Below, piece by piece: positions 1 through 12,390 of a stretch of DNA of 64,000 nucleotides (position 1 is the first letter of the stretch; each line of letters opens with the position of its first letter). Source of the stretch: Raja brachyura (lineage: Eukaryota). A program made the translations under genes and the position numbers. The stretch lies in the NCBI GenBank assembly GCA_963514005.1, contig OY740800.1, positions 29,202,001-29,266,000 of the forward strand, read 5' to 3'. Under the pieces are notes generated by a model. It saw only the letters and a program-made list of their open reading frames with translations, ran no database searches and was not told the DNA's origin.

Positions 1-546
1 AGGCAACAACCATCACCCTTATTAAACACAACAACCTTCAAATAAGTTCTGAACTACATAAACTTGGGGGTCATTATTTTCTCTATTTTGCACTATTATT
101 TTTGTAATATTGAACATATATGCTGAATAATATTTGTTATTTATTATGGTATTTTCAAATCGATTCAATCTTTATTGTCATTGTGCAGTGTACAATACAG
201 AGACAACAAAATGCAGTTGGTATCTCCGAAGGGCGAACTTACGAATGAACAAGTAACTGCGCAGTAGTATGAGTTAATATACGTCTATACATATACAGTG
301 TCCGGGGGGGAGGGGTGGAGACAGGCAGTCATTGAGGTGCAGCGTTGAGATGTGTGACAGCCGTAGGGAAGAAGCTGTTCTTGAGCCTGCTGGTACGGCA
401 GCGGAGGGACCTGTAGCGTCTCCCGGATGGGAGGAGGGTAAACAGTCTATGGTTGGGGTGTGAGCTGTCCCTGGCATTTACAGAGTACTATGTTTACATT
501 TTACTTGACTCTAGAATTGGAAGAACGTTCTATATGTGGACGTTCT

Positions 547-679
547 TCTTGCGTATGGCGTGCACAGCCTAAAGCTGTAGGACAACTTGTTCCATTTGAT
601 CTTACTTGATTGTGCACGCCAGGTTGATTGCATTCGTCGAAACAGGGCGGACCAGGTGAAGGTTGCAATCTCCAACCCC
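547..679 (-). mobile_element. HDV-like-ribozyme-headed short retroposon, copy 1
   Basis: Flanked by TSD tgtggacgttct (535-546) / tgtggatgttct (680-691). Minus strand starts GGGGTTGGAGATTGCAACC and ends CATACGCAAGA(AGAA). Near-identical to the copies at 1651 and 12578. Confidence 0.85.
626..679 (-). ncRNA. Minimal HDV-like ribozyme, degenerate copy (P1 mismatch, L3 G>C)
   Basis: P1 GGGGTTG/CCGCCCT, P2 GATTGCA/TGCAATC, P3 ACC/GGT, L3 TTCACCT, J4/2 CGAA. Folded by eye. Confidence 0.65.
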
Positions 680-744
680 TGTGGATGTTCTGAAGGTCCA
701 TTTCACTGAACATTTCAAATATATTTCCATTTCAAACATCCTAA

Positions 745-975
745 TCATGGGTGCTGTCTGTGCGGAGTTTGAATGTTTTCCTTGTGACCTGCATGGGTTT
801 TCTGTGGGTGCTCTGGTTCCCTCCCACACTCCAAAGATGTACGGGTTAATTGGCTTTGGTTAAGATTGTAAATGATCCCTAGTGTGTAGAATAGTGCTAG
901 TGCATGTGGATCGCTGGTCGGCGCTGACTTGGTGGGCCAAAGGTCCTATTTCTGCACAGTGTCTCTAAGATAAAC
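745..975 (+). mobile_element. HE1/V-SINE, 5'-truncated
   Basis: V-domain-like gggtgctctggttccctcccacactccaaag followed by a CR1-like 3' tail. Confidence 0.7.
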
Positions 976-1094
976 GAAGAGAAAAAATCAACATTTAGAG
1001 TCGATCATTTGTGAATAATCAAATATTTGATGACTGAAAACTTTAAATGTACTCATTTATATTCTAGAGAAATATATATTTCTCTAGAATTCTA

Positions 1095-1403
1095 TATACC
1101 ACGGGCCACAGTCTTAGAATAAAGGGGAGGTCATTTAAGACTGAGGTGAGAATAAACTTTTTCACCCAGAGAATTGTGAATTTATGGAATTCCTTGCCAC
1201 AGAGGGCAGTGGAGGACAAGTCACTGGATGGATTTAAGAGAGAGTTAGATAGAACTCTAGGTGCTTGTGGGGTCAAGGGATATGGGGAGAAGGCAGGCAC
1301 GGGTTATTGATAGTGGACGATCAGCCATGATCGCAATGAATGGAGGTGCTGGCTCGAAGGGCCGAATGGCCGCCTCCTGCACCTATTTTTTATGTTTCTA
1401 TGT
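1095..1403 (+). mobile_element. CR1 LINE 3' fragment
   Basis: Encodes the RGHSLRIKGRSFKTEVRINFFTQRIVNLWNSLP-type CR1 ORF2 end; 3' UTR ends tatgtttctatgt. Confidence 0.85.
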
Positions 1404-1650
1404 AAACAAGGAACAGCGGATGCTGGTTTTAAGTTGGAAGAACTTAGCAGGTCAGGCTGCAGATCTGGAGAATGTGCTTAAGTGACGTTTTGGGTCGGAT
1501 CCCACCTTCAGATTCCTGACATGCCAATCCATGTTCTCCAGCAATGCTACCTGAGCCTCTGAGTTACTCCAACACTTCGTGTCTTAATTTATTTTTCGCC
1601 AATTCGTTGGTAAGCCATGCTTGATCCCCTGGCTTGATGATGATGGTGGT

Positions 1651-1704
1651 GGGGTGGAAGATTGCAACGTTCACGTGGTCCGCCCTGTTTTGACTAATGC
1701 AATC
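1651..1704 (+). ncRNA. Minimal HDV-like ribozyme (one P3 mismatch)
   Basis: P1 GGGGTGG/CCGCCCT, P2 GATTGCA/TGCAATC, P3 ACG/GGT, L3 TTCACGT, J4/2 CTAA. Confidence 0.7.
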
Positions 1705-1787
1705 AACGCGGCATGCACAATCAAATAAGATCAAATAGAACAAGTTGTCCTACAACTTTAGGCTGTGCACGCCATACGCAAGAGGAA
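1651..1787 (+). mobile_element. HDV-like-ribozyme-headed short retroposon, copy 2
   Basis: Perfect 12-bp TSD gatgatggtggt (1639-1650 and 1788-1799). Starts GGGGTGGAAGATTGCA and ends CATACGCAAGAGGAA. Confidence 0.88.
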
Positions 1788-3162
1788 GATGATGGTGGTA
1801 TATTGAATGATATATTTAGATGAGGGTGGTGTATATTTTGGTTACTGCTGCATTTGATCTGCATGGCCGAATAATGGATGCTGCAGAATAACAGAATTTA
1901 GAAGAATTCTGTATTTGTGACACGCCTGAAGTTGACGCAGCTAGTATAGAATTTATTGTAGCAGAACAAATGTCTTTGCCCTATTAAACATATCAAACCT
2001 CATGGGATTATAAATGGTAGCTGGCACACTAGACAGTGGAATGTTTTCTGAAGATAACGGTATCACAATCTATAGTAAGGTTCATTGCAGTATAGATGGA
2101 GATACATGGGAAGGACCCAAGGGACTTATTGGCTCCAGATGGGCAGACTATGGAATAGCTACATAATGGAATAGAGATAATTTTTAAGCTTTCCTAAAGC
2201 AATTAATCCCTTAAGAAATACAGGGAAAGGTGACAGTTTTTGAACACAAATGGTTAGCAGAGAATATGCATCTACTGTAAAATACAGGTCCATTTGAAGG
2301 GATGTGATGTTGATAAAATGAATCAAAGGTATGTTTTAATATGATTGGATATTGACAAGGATATGTCTTGTATTGCGTTAGTCAAAGGTCTTTGAGCTAT
2401 AGTTAACAAAATGATCGGTAACCTTTAACGTTTATATTGGACTAATGTAATTATGCTCATTGTATAAATATCACTGTGATTTTTACGTCGTCTCAAGTTC
2501 TATAAGATTATCTTCCTTTCAAATAAGGCAATACAGGAATTTGAGTTTTAATTGGTGCTAGTGCCGAGGGTGACTAAACTCCCATGAGACATCCATTTTC
2601 AAGATGTTCCATTCAGCCTGACTATTACAAAACAATACATTAGAGAATGCCCTTGGTTGATGATTGATCTCCATAAATACTGTGCTCTGCTCAATTCTAA
2701 CAATGTTGTCAAAAAAAGATGATCTGCTCTAGGTCAAATTATAAAGATACTACATGAGGTAAAATAGGTTTATCCCTTGTTTTGATTCATTCACTACCTG
2801 CTGAAAATTGCAGATTAATAACTGACTTTAAATTTCACAACTGCTACCATGGAAATTCTGGTCTTTCAGTTGTTAATTGAGATTTCTAAATTTGCTAATA
2901 AATGAAAATCAAACTGCAGCTGCTGTAAATCTGAAATTAAAACAGAAAATGCTGGAGGCAATTAGTAAAATATCAGGCAGCACCCGTAGAAAGAGAAATT
3001 GAGCTAACATTCAGTTTGAAGACTTCCTTAGACTACTTCTATGATCTAATATGTTAATGTTTCCCTTTCCACAGAGGCAGCCTGATCTGCTGAATGTAGC
3101 CAGTATTTTATGTGTTAATTCTAGATTAATCATCGTGGAATGTAACCATAGTGCCACCACTC

Positions 3163-3525
3163 TACCACATATACAAAATCACGAGAGGAATAGATTGGGT
3201 AGATGTACAGAGTGTCTTGCTCAGAGTAGGGCAATCGAGGACCAGTGGACATAGGTTCAACATGAGGGGGAAAAGATTTAGGATTCCGAGGGGTACCTTT
3301 TTCACACAAAGGGTGGTGAGTGTAAGGAACAAGCTGCCAGAGGAGGTAGTTGAGGCTGAGACTATCCCATTGTTTCAGAAACAGTTAGATAGGTACATGG
3401 ATAGGACAGGTTTGGAGGGATATGGACCAAGCGCAGGCAAGTGGGACTAGTAGCTGGGACATTGTTGGCTGGTGTGGGCAAGTTGGGCCGAAGGGCCTGT
3501 TTCCACATTGTATCACTCTATGACT
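3163..3525 (+). mobile_element. CR1 LINE 3' fragment
   Basis: ORF 3151-3450: YKITRGID...SRTSGH...FFTQRVVSVRNKLPEEVVEA, the CR1 ORF2 C-terminus. Confidence 0.85.
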
Positions 3526-3554
3526 ATGCTGATTTAGGATATACTTTAATATAG

Positions 3555-3722
<168 letters not shown>

Positions 3723-4811
3723 TAATATTTACCACAGGAATATTTCTCATTCGTTCTCGGAGGCTTTAATATTTTCATCTCAATGGCTCACCAGATCAAG
3801 GACATTTTTTCCAGTCCTGAGAATTTACTTTATTACTCTTATCTATTAATCTGGAAAAACTCAGCAGAGCAATATGCAGAGTCATACAGCATGGAAACCG
3901 GCCCTTTGGCTCAATTCGTCCATGCCAACCAAGATATCCATCTAAGCCAGTCCCTTTTGCTTGTGTCTAAACCTTTTCTGTGCATGTACTTGTCCAAATA
4001 TCTTGTAAATGTTGTTATGGTATCTACTTCAACCACTTCCTCTGGCAACTAGTTCCTTATACCTACCACCTTTTGTGAGAAGAAGTTGCCCACTCCAACC
4101 CCACCCCTTCTCAGATCCAATTAAATCTTTCCTCTCTCACCTTAAACCTATGCCCTCTAGTTTTATAAATGAGTTGGGGAGGGTCTGTACACATTTGTGA
4201 TTTCCCAAAAGTTCTGACCCAAAACGTCGTCTGTTCCTTTTCTCCAGAGATGCTGCCTGCCTGCTGAGTTGCTCCAGCATTTTTTGTGTCTATCTTGAGT
4301 ATAAACCAGCATCTGCAGTTCCTTCCTTTCCATCTAATTTCTCCAACCCTGGTGAACCCTGGTATTCACACTACCTTTGCCGTTCATGATTTTATACACC
4401 TCTATAAGGTCACCCCACGGTCTTCCACGCCCAAAGGAATAAAGTTCTTGACTGCCCAAACTCTATAACTCAGGCCATCAAATCCTGGCAACATTTTTGT
4501 AAATTTTCTCTGCACTTTTTCCAGCTTAATGATTGATGTCCCTCCTTTACATTGTGACCAAAAGTGAACACATATTTAAAATGTGGCCTCACCAACATCT
4601 TGTATACCTGCAACATAACATCACAACTCCTGTACTCGGCTTTCAAACTGATGAAGGCCAGTGTGCCTATCTTCCTGCGACAGCATTTTCAGAGAGATAT
4701 ACACTTCTTGGTCCGTCTGATCTTATCCACTTCCCAGGGCCCTACTGTTCACTGTGAATGTCGCACCCTGGTATAGGTGAAGTGCAAGTCTCAGCAGTAT
4801 ATAAATGATAC

Positions 4812-6613
4812 TTGTTTCTCAGTCTCATAATGGCTTCTTTGCCTTTCATTGGGACAACTTGGGTCCGTTGTTGATAAACTGAATAAAAGGTTCCAAACGT
4901 GATGGAAAGACTAGGTGCCGAGAGCTCTCTTATACCTGCATTAAGGAGGCAATTAAACACACCTGAGCAATTACAAATACCTGTGAAGCCATGTGTCCCA
5001 AACATTATGGTGCCCTGAAATGGGGGGGACTATGTATAAACCAGGCACGTGCCGTGAGTAATTACTCGGGGTAGGCAGTCAGTCGGCTTTTTAAAAATAA
5101 AAAAAATTAAACCGCGCATGCGCAGATTGTTCACTCCATAAAAATTAAAATAAAAACAGAAACAATTCAATTTGCCCATGGCTTCCGAGTCTCCTTTATT
5201 CTTAATTACTGAATGGGTGGGGAGTGAAGGGTGATGGCAGGTGGAGCGATGGTGGGAAATACGGGAGTACAGGGAAAAGTTGAATCGGTTGTCATCTAAT
5301 TGAATGACAACACTTGTTCAAGGGTCCAAGTGTTCCTTTCACAGCGTGTGGAGAGTCTGTGCCAGGCGTGAAGTTGCGCGGAGGGCAGGAGTGTTGAGAA
5401 GGAGAGGGTCGGGGATAATGCCAGTCACTCACTCACCGCTGCCGCGGCGTTCCGGGCGCGAAGCCATCGCACTGTAGTCGGGGATAGATGCAGCTCGGGG
5501 AGCTGCGAGCAGCCGCCGGGAACCGACAGCAGAACTGGCTGCCACTAGAGTGCCTTCTGCCGGCCCGCTCACCTCTGGCAGTGCTCTCCGTCTGAACACC
5601 TCTCACCTGCCACTCGCCGACTTCGCTCATGTCAGCGGCTTCCTGCAAATCGTTAAATTCCCACATCCGAGTAACCTCAATTGCGCTGGTGGAATTTAAG
5701 GATTTGCGGGATATGAGTGAGGACAGCGAGCGGCAGGAGAGAGATTTTTAGATGGAGAGCTGCCAGAGGTGAGCGGGGACCAGCAGAAGGCGCTGAGGTG
5801 GCAGCCGGTTCCGCTGCCATGCCGCTCGCAGCCACCCGAGCTGCTTCGCCCCCCCCGTGCAAGGAGTGTTGCAAGTGGCATTATCCCGATCCCCTACTTC
5901 ACAACATTCGTGCCCTCCCCGCAACTTTACCCCGGATCAGACTTCCCAAACGCTGTGAAAGGAGCTCTTTCCCCCCCCCCCCACCCCCACACCCCGGGAA
6001 ATACAGTACAAAATGTACTTACCACATTATTGGTACACAAACTCCATTCTTCTCTCTTTGTTTCCTAAGATACATTTAAAATATTGCCAATCCATATTTG
6101 AAAACCCCGCCAAGAAACTAGCGCTGCGCATGCGCAGTAGGCTGCTGCGCATGCGTAGTGCTGCAAAGGCAGAATTTCAGCTGCCTTCAGCCCCGCTTGT
6201 CATTGGCGGCTTCAGGCAGCGCTGACGGCATGTGGGCTGCACAGAGCTTCGCGTGTTACAAGCGCTGCGGTTGAAAGGCATGGAGAATTATGCCTACCTA
6301 AGAGATCGATCTCTTAGATAGGCATAATTCTCCCATGCCTTTACTATTTATATTTAGTTATTACCATGTTATAATTTTAGTCGGGGTAGGCAGTGCCTAC
6401 CTTGCCTACCCTGACGGCATGTGCCTGGTATAAACACAGCTGTTGTTTTTACATGGTGAAACCAACATGTAAAAAATACCCTTTAATAAAATCTGACAAT
6501 GTACACTTTAACCACATGTGATTTTTCTTTTTCTCTTACAAATCTCAAATCGTGGAATACAGAGGCAAATAAATAAATGATGGGTCTTTGTCCCAAACAT
6601 TATGGAGGGCACT
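4812..6613 (-). mobile_element. Tc1/mariner fragment (same family as 13146-15115), interrupted by a hAT element
   Basis: Ends with TIR ...gtcccaaacattatggagggcact; 4812-5040 is the reverse complement of 13500-13740. Confidence 0.85.
5042..6427. mobile_element. Non-autonomous hAT DNA transposon
   Basis: TIRs caggcacgtgccgt / acggcatgtgcctg; 8-bp TSD gtataaac (5034-5041, 6428-6435); repeated subterminal ggtaggca/tgcctacc motifs; no transposase ORF. Confidence 0.85.
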
Positions 6614-7851
6614 ATTCTATATTTGATGTCAAAGTAATTCTATGTTCTGGTAATCAAATGTCCCCTTTATTTAGCATATATTGTGGTCAATAGTATTTAC
6701 ATTTGAACAGTAACATACAAATAGCAGGTGACTTTAAATAAGGATTGGAAATGTATTCCAATTCTGAGAATATCTAAGTCCCCTTTTAATCCACTTACAC
6801 AGACATTCCCCAAGTTACATAATTGGTCACCTGGGTAAACCCGCACTTACGTTATCAACTCTTTAAGCCTACTGACGGCCACACGGTCTCAGTTTCGGAG
6901 CTTGCCCGCATAGTAAATTTATGCGTGTTCAGTAGCACTTCCTTTTCCAACTTCCGTAACATTTGATTTATGCATAGGTGAACAGGGTAACCGTCGGTAA
7001 GTCTTGTCACGGTATTCCCCGATCTATAATGAACCCTTTCTCATCCTGTAGCATTAACTTGTTTTTTCTCTTTGCCGTGCTGTTGAGATTTTCCAGCATT
7101 CTTTTTATTTCTAATTTCAGGTAACTTAGGTTCTTGTTGTCTCTTGTTCCCCCCTCTATTACCATTTACACCATCCAATTTGTCCTTATATTTACACCAT
7201 CTCAAGACTGGTTAACAGCCTTTGTGAACCCTTCATCATTCTCCCTCAGCGAAAACCAATCTTTTCATTTATTTCCCCTTGTTCTCCAGCTTATCAGACA
7301 TATATTTTGTTCTGTAGTGTTCTGACCGTCCTCTACTACTTAAAACATGTCTGTGGCCTAACCTTTTCTGTTAAAAATGTAATTGACATATTAACTCCAA
7401 TTAAACTTTGTCTCGAATGACACGTACCGATTTCTACAGATGCGCCATGAAAAGCATTCTGTTGGGATATATACATCTCGCTATGGTACCTTTTCTACCC
7501 TAGAGAGCAAGACATTTCAGAGGTGTGGACACAGCCCAGTCCATCGTGCAAACCAGCCTAAACCCTCTCTTCCCCCCCCCCCCCCCCCCTCCTCCATTGA
7601 CTTTTCTTAGGAAAAGCAGCCAACATAATAAAGGCTCTTCTCCTCCCTCCTGCTGGTTGAGAAGATACAAAAGCTTGAAAGCATATTCCAACCAGATTCA
7701 AAAACAGCCGTCAGATCATAATTGCTACATATTTCCATATTTTTAATAGTCAAATTCCTTTCCTCTCAATATTGGATTGTATCTCTTATTCAGTGATTTG
7801 ACCCATACCCTTTTTGGTTTAATGTTTCAATATCATCTTTTCTCTTGGTAG

Positions 7852-7998
<147 letters not shown>

Positions 7999-8943
7999 TA
8001 TTTTCTGTGGACAACATTTAATCTTTAGTAAGGCTATATCAACAGCACTACTATACCAGCAGTGTGGCAATATCTGGAAATTACATTATAATGACCAAGC
8101 AAGGCCTGGTCATAACTAAGCATCATGATGGATTTCTTCTAACTTTAAGAAGGCAGAGGGACAAAAATGATGGTTTGCAGTTTTTTTTTAAATTTAGTAG
8201 GATTTAATTTTTGGTTTAAAATAGCAAAAAAGGTTTTATTTTAAGCGAAAGGAGCAGCTTTCCATTACTCAGTTCAGACTGACTCTGTGTGTATGTTTCG
8301 GTTTTCTATTGGCTTAAATTCTGTTTTTAAATGATTTGATAAGTTTCTTGATTCCTTGAATGATATCAGAAAAATGTTGCATGATGTGTTACTGAACCCT
8401 GGTGTCAAATCCTTTCAAGTGATTTCTGGCTGCCTTAATTGGCCAGATAACTAATAATACTTGGTTGCCTGTCATACTTCTGCTGTTATAGAAATAATTT
8501 ACCAGACTGACATTGGTAGAACAGCTGGCGTGTAATTCTGCTTGGGCAATATCTAAAGCAATTCACTGGACCATTGTAAGTGGATGCTCCTCTTTTCAGC
8601 AAATTAGTCATTCATTCTTGATCCTTAAAAAATATATACTGCTTGGTTATCTCAATTTAAAATGGTGATTTCAACAGTTTTAGTCTCTTTTCTCCAAATG
8701 AGCCTGATTTTAATGGAGCCTTGCTCTTGGCAGCTCTAGCTGGGTTATTAAGACATTGTGATGGCTAGATTGCTTGTTTTCTTGTTGTAGCAAAAGCATT
8801 TATCAACCACATTTCTTCTCCATTATCAAGCCATTCACTGCACATAGTGATTTGTTACCAGCACGATATGATTTCCTTGTTTGGGGTTCTCAAACTTGGT
8901 ACCGAGAGCCAGTTCTCGGAATCTTAAAATACATACTCGACTG

Positions 8944-8949
8944 AATAAA
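8944..8949 (+). promoter_or_regulatory. Candidate polyadenylation signal of CCDC77
   Basis: AATAAA about 950 bp after the stop codon, followed by a T-rich tract. Other AATAAA hexamers occur near 9043 and 9226. Confidence 0.4.
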
Positions 8950-10972
8950 AATCTGTTATACCTTTTTGTTCATGCTAACAAAAACAAATAGCTTGAAAAA
9001 CTTTTTACTAACACTGAGGTATTGCTAGCAATTTATATTAAAAATAAAAAAAAGCAGCTGATACATTCTCTTAAAATTGCAAAACATTTTTTAAACTGGT
9101 CCATGTACTATAATTATGGATAATGTGATTATCACCTCGAGTTTGGGTATTTTAGGACCACCATCCCACAATGCAAATTATCATTGGTAATACAGATGTG
9201 AATGGAGCTACTCTAACTTGCTTCATAATAAAAGCTATTTTACTTCCATTAAAAAGATATTTTGATCAACATAATTAAAAATATATAAGCCTCTTTTTGC
9301 CAGTCTCACTGACGAGGGCTACATTGTTGACAAAGTCAAGGAAATGGTGTTCTTAACTAGTCTTTCCTTATCAAATTATATCTATCCTTTTTTTCTTTAC
9401 TATTTTTCCTTGTACTCCTTTTTTCTTTCAAAAGACCATAAGGTGCTCATTCAGAATTCCAATTTTGCTTTCTGAGTTATCTAAAGATATTTTTTATTCC
9501 TAATTGGCCCGATTCCTTTGCTTATCTGTTTACTTTTTACACACCTGCAGACTGAAAGGCTTCATGTTAACTGCTATTACCTTACTATGCGATCTTTGCC
9601 TGTTGAAGAATGGGGTTGTTGGGAATGCTCTGAGCCGGCATCAGCTTGATGTGTCCAATAGCCTCCTCTAATATTGTAAGGAAATATTATGTAATAAATG
9701 ACTATCTCCTTTTTCAATTGGATTCCCGTTACATTTTCAGATTTGAATTGCTTTCTCTAAGACGCTTGGAGGTTGAAGAGGGACCTGATAGAAGTATCTA
9801 AAATTATGAGAAGCATAGATGGGGTAGACAGTTGCAACCTTTTTCCCAGGATAGAAAAATCAAATACTTGAGGGTAGAGTTTTAGGGTGAGAGGAGCAAA
9901 GTTGAAAAGTGATGTGGGACATGTTTTTTTACTTAGAGTGTGGTGGGTGTCTGGAATATATTGGCATTGGGTGGTGGTGGAGGCAGATACGATGGTGGCA
10001 TTTAAGAAGCTTTTAGATTGGTATGTGGATATGCAAGGATTGAAAGGATATGGATAAAATGCAGGCAGATATGAATTGGTCTTGATATCATATTCGGTAT
10101 AGACATTGTGGGCCCAAGAGCCTGTTCCTGCACTGTACTGCTCTATGCTCTAATTCTCATCTCATTGTGTTATTCAACTGACAGTGGTCATAAACCTTCT
10201 TTATACTTCTCCATCTGCTTTATCTTCAAGTTTTGGATTTCATCATTCAAAATTCTATAGATTCTTGAATTGGTTCCTCAGATAAAAGAAAGCAATGGGA
10301 GCTTCAATATTTTAATAAACGAGGGAGAGAGAAAGCAGGAACTACAGACCAATCAATCTGAGCATAGTGGAAGAGAAAATTGAAACGGGACATGTACAAA
10401 ATATCAGTAGGATTGACGATAATCAATTTGAATTTATGAAAGGAAAATTACGTTTGACAATTTATTAGATCTTGAGGTTAGCCTTTTGAGGTGTTAACTT
10501 GCAGAGACGTTAATGCAGAACCATCAAAGTAGTGTTTTTGTACTTCAAGGAACCTTCAATAAAAAATTATTAAAAGTGGAGCGTGTGGTTGGATAATGCA
10601 CTGACTGGCTCAGTTGGGAATCAGTTTGCAGAAAGAAGAGTTCAAATTAATTGGTCATTTTCTGGTTGAGAGAGTGATAAAAAGGGTTCTGTTGGGATCA
10701 GTACTGGCTCCCCAACCGTTCAAAATCTCAATCAATGATTTGGGTGGGGGGAAGCTCATGTACCAATTCAGCAATGAAGTCTCCACAGTCCTCTTGTGTA
10801 GGAAAGGCTGATCCAAAGCCTCCTCTGATATTGGTGTGGCTGTGAAAATTATGCAAAGTGATTTAAGGGGATACAAATCCAATTAAGTGCATCGGCAAGG
10901 ATATGTCAGAAGGAGTGCAGTGGGGGAAATTTCTTTTGATAGGAAAATAGAATGGGGTATATTTTTTAAATG

Positions 10973-12390
10973 ACTTGTAATGGTCAGGGATTCTCACGTG
11001 AGAGAATCTTTTGGAGTTACTCAGTCTACATGAAATAAAATAGAATAGGAGCAAAAGTTCTAAATTGGAGGAAGCCTGGAGATATGATTTAACAAAAGTG
11101 AATTAGAAAGAGCTATTTGGAAGTTATCTTTAGAGGTCCCTCTGTATTGATGTCTTGCTTCTACTCTGGTAATCAATGAGCCTATGTGTGAACCAACATG
11201 CTCTACCACAGAAGATACCTGGTGAGGCAGGTGAGTGGATACATTCTGCTATTTACACAAGGCTTCTGTGTTCTTCCTGTGTTCTTGAGGTTCACAACAG
11301 CATCCCGATTCCTGCTTCTCCAGCTTGATTGGTTGCTGGCTAGGAATCTCAAGTATCTATCAGGATGTTGCAGTTTTCAAAGCGGCTTTAAGCAGTCTTG
11401 AACCATTTCTCTTGGCAACCTCTTTCTTTGACAGAGGTTGAAATAGGGTATCTGCTTCAGGGGTTTGGTGTCCGGCATGAGAAGGGCAAGGCCTGCCCAA
11501 CTGCAATTAGGACCTTATTGGGTATTGGCTTGTTTAGGGTGAAGAATTTCTTCCCTGTCCTGAATGGCTGATCCTTTATTGTGGGACTGTGTTGGCTGGT
11601 TCTAGGCACCCTTGCCTAAGGGAACTGCACATCTACCCTCGCATGCATCATAAGAATTTTCCATATTTCAATGTCACCTCTCAATCTTTTGCACTCAAGA
11701 GTACACACCCGTTTGTTTATTCTCTCTTTAAATGACAAATCTTCGAGCCCAGGAATTAATCTGGTGAATCTTTGTGACTCTTCCTCTTTCACAAGTACAT
11801 CCTTCCGTAGGCCAGATCTGTACATGATAACGCAGATGAACCATCAGAGGAATCCTTTATAATTGGAGCAAGGTGGCTCTAGTCTCAAACAAATATCCTC
11901 TTGTATATTTTACAATATCTGTTAGCTTTCAATGACTTGTGTAAAATACTAACCAGAACCCTCAAGACTGCTTAAAGCCGCTTTGAAAACTGCAACATCC
12001 TGATAGATACTTGAGATTCCTAGCCAGCAACCAATCAAGCTGGAGAAGCAGGAATCGGGATGCTGTTGTGAACCTCAAGAACACAGGAAGAACACAGAAG
12101 CCTTGTGTAAATAGCAGAATGTATTCACTCACCTGCCTCACCAGGTATCTTCTGTGGTAGAGCATGTTGGTTCACACATAGGCTCATTGATTACCAGAGT
12201 AGAAGCAAGACATCAATACTGATGGACCTCTAAAGATAACTTCCAAATAGCTCTTTCTAATTCACTTTTGTTAAATCATATCTCCAGGCTTCCTCCAATT
12301 TAGAACTTTTGCTCCTATTCTATTTTATTTCATGTAGACTGAGTAACTCCAAAAGATTCTCTCACGTGAGAATCCCTGACCATTACAAGT
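10973..12390. repeat. 429-bp inverted duplication (arms 10973-11401 and 11962-12390) around a 560-bp spacer
   Basis: Arms are reverse complements with only about 3 mismatches seen. The ORF track shows the same 67-aa peptide on both strands (11198+ and 11962-). Confidence 0.95.

Noticed and set aside
626-679. Reading the short retroposon head as a pol III (tRNA, vault or Y RNA) promoter because of GTTTCGA
   Set aside because: There is no convincing A box or cloverleaf, whereas all 54 nt are accounted for by the HDV-like fold.
5433-6225. CpG-rich ORF cluster as a host gene or promoter
   Set aside because: It lies entirely inside the TIR- and TSD-bounded hAT element, and the ORFs are low-complexity GC artefacts.
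11198-12165. Identical 67-aa ORFs on opposite strands as a duplicated gene
   Set aside because: They are a by-product of the inverted duplication; the ORF is the antisense reading of a decayed RTE-like fragment.
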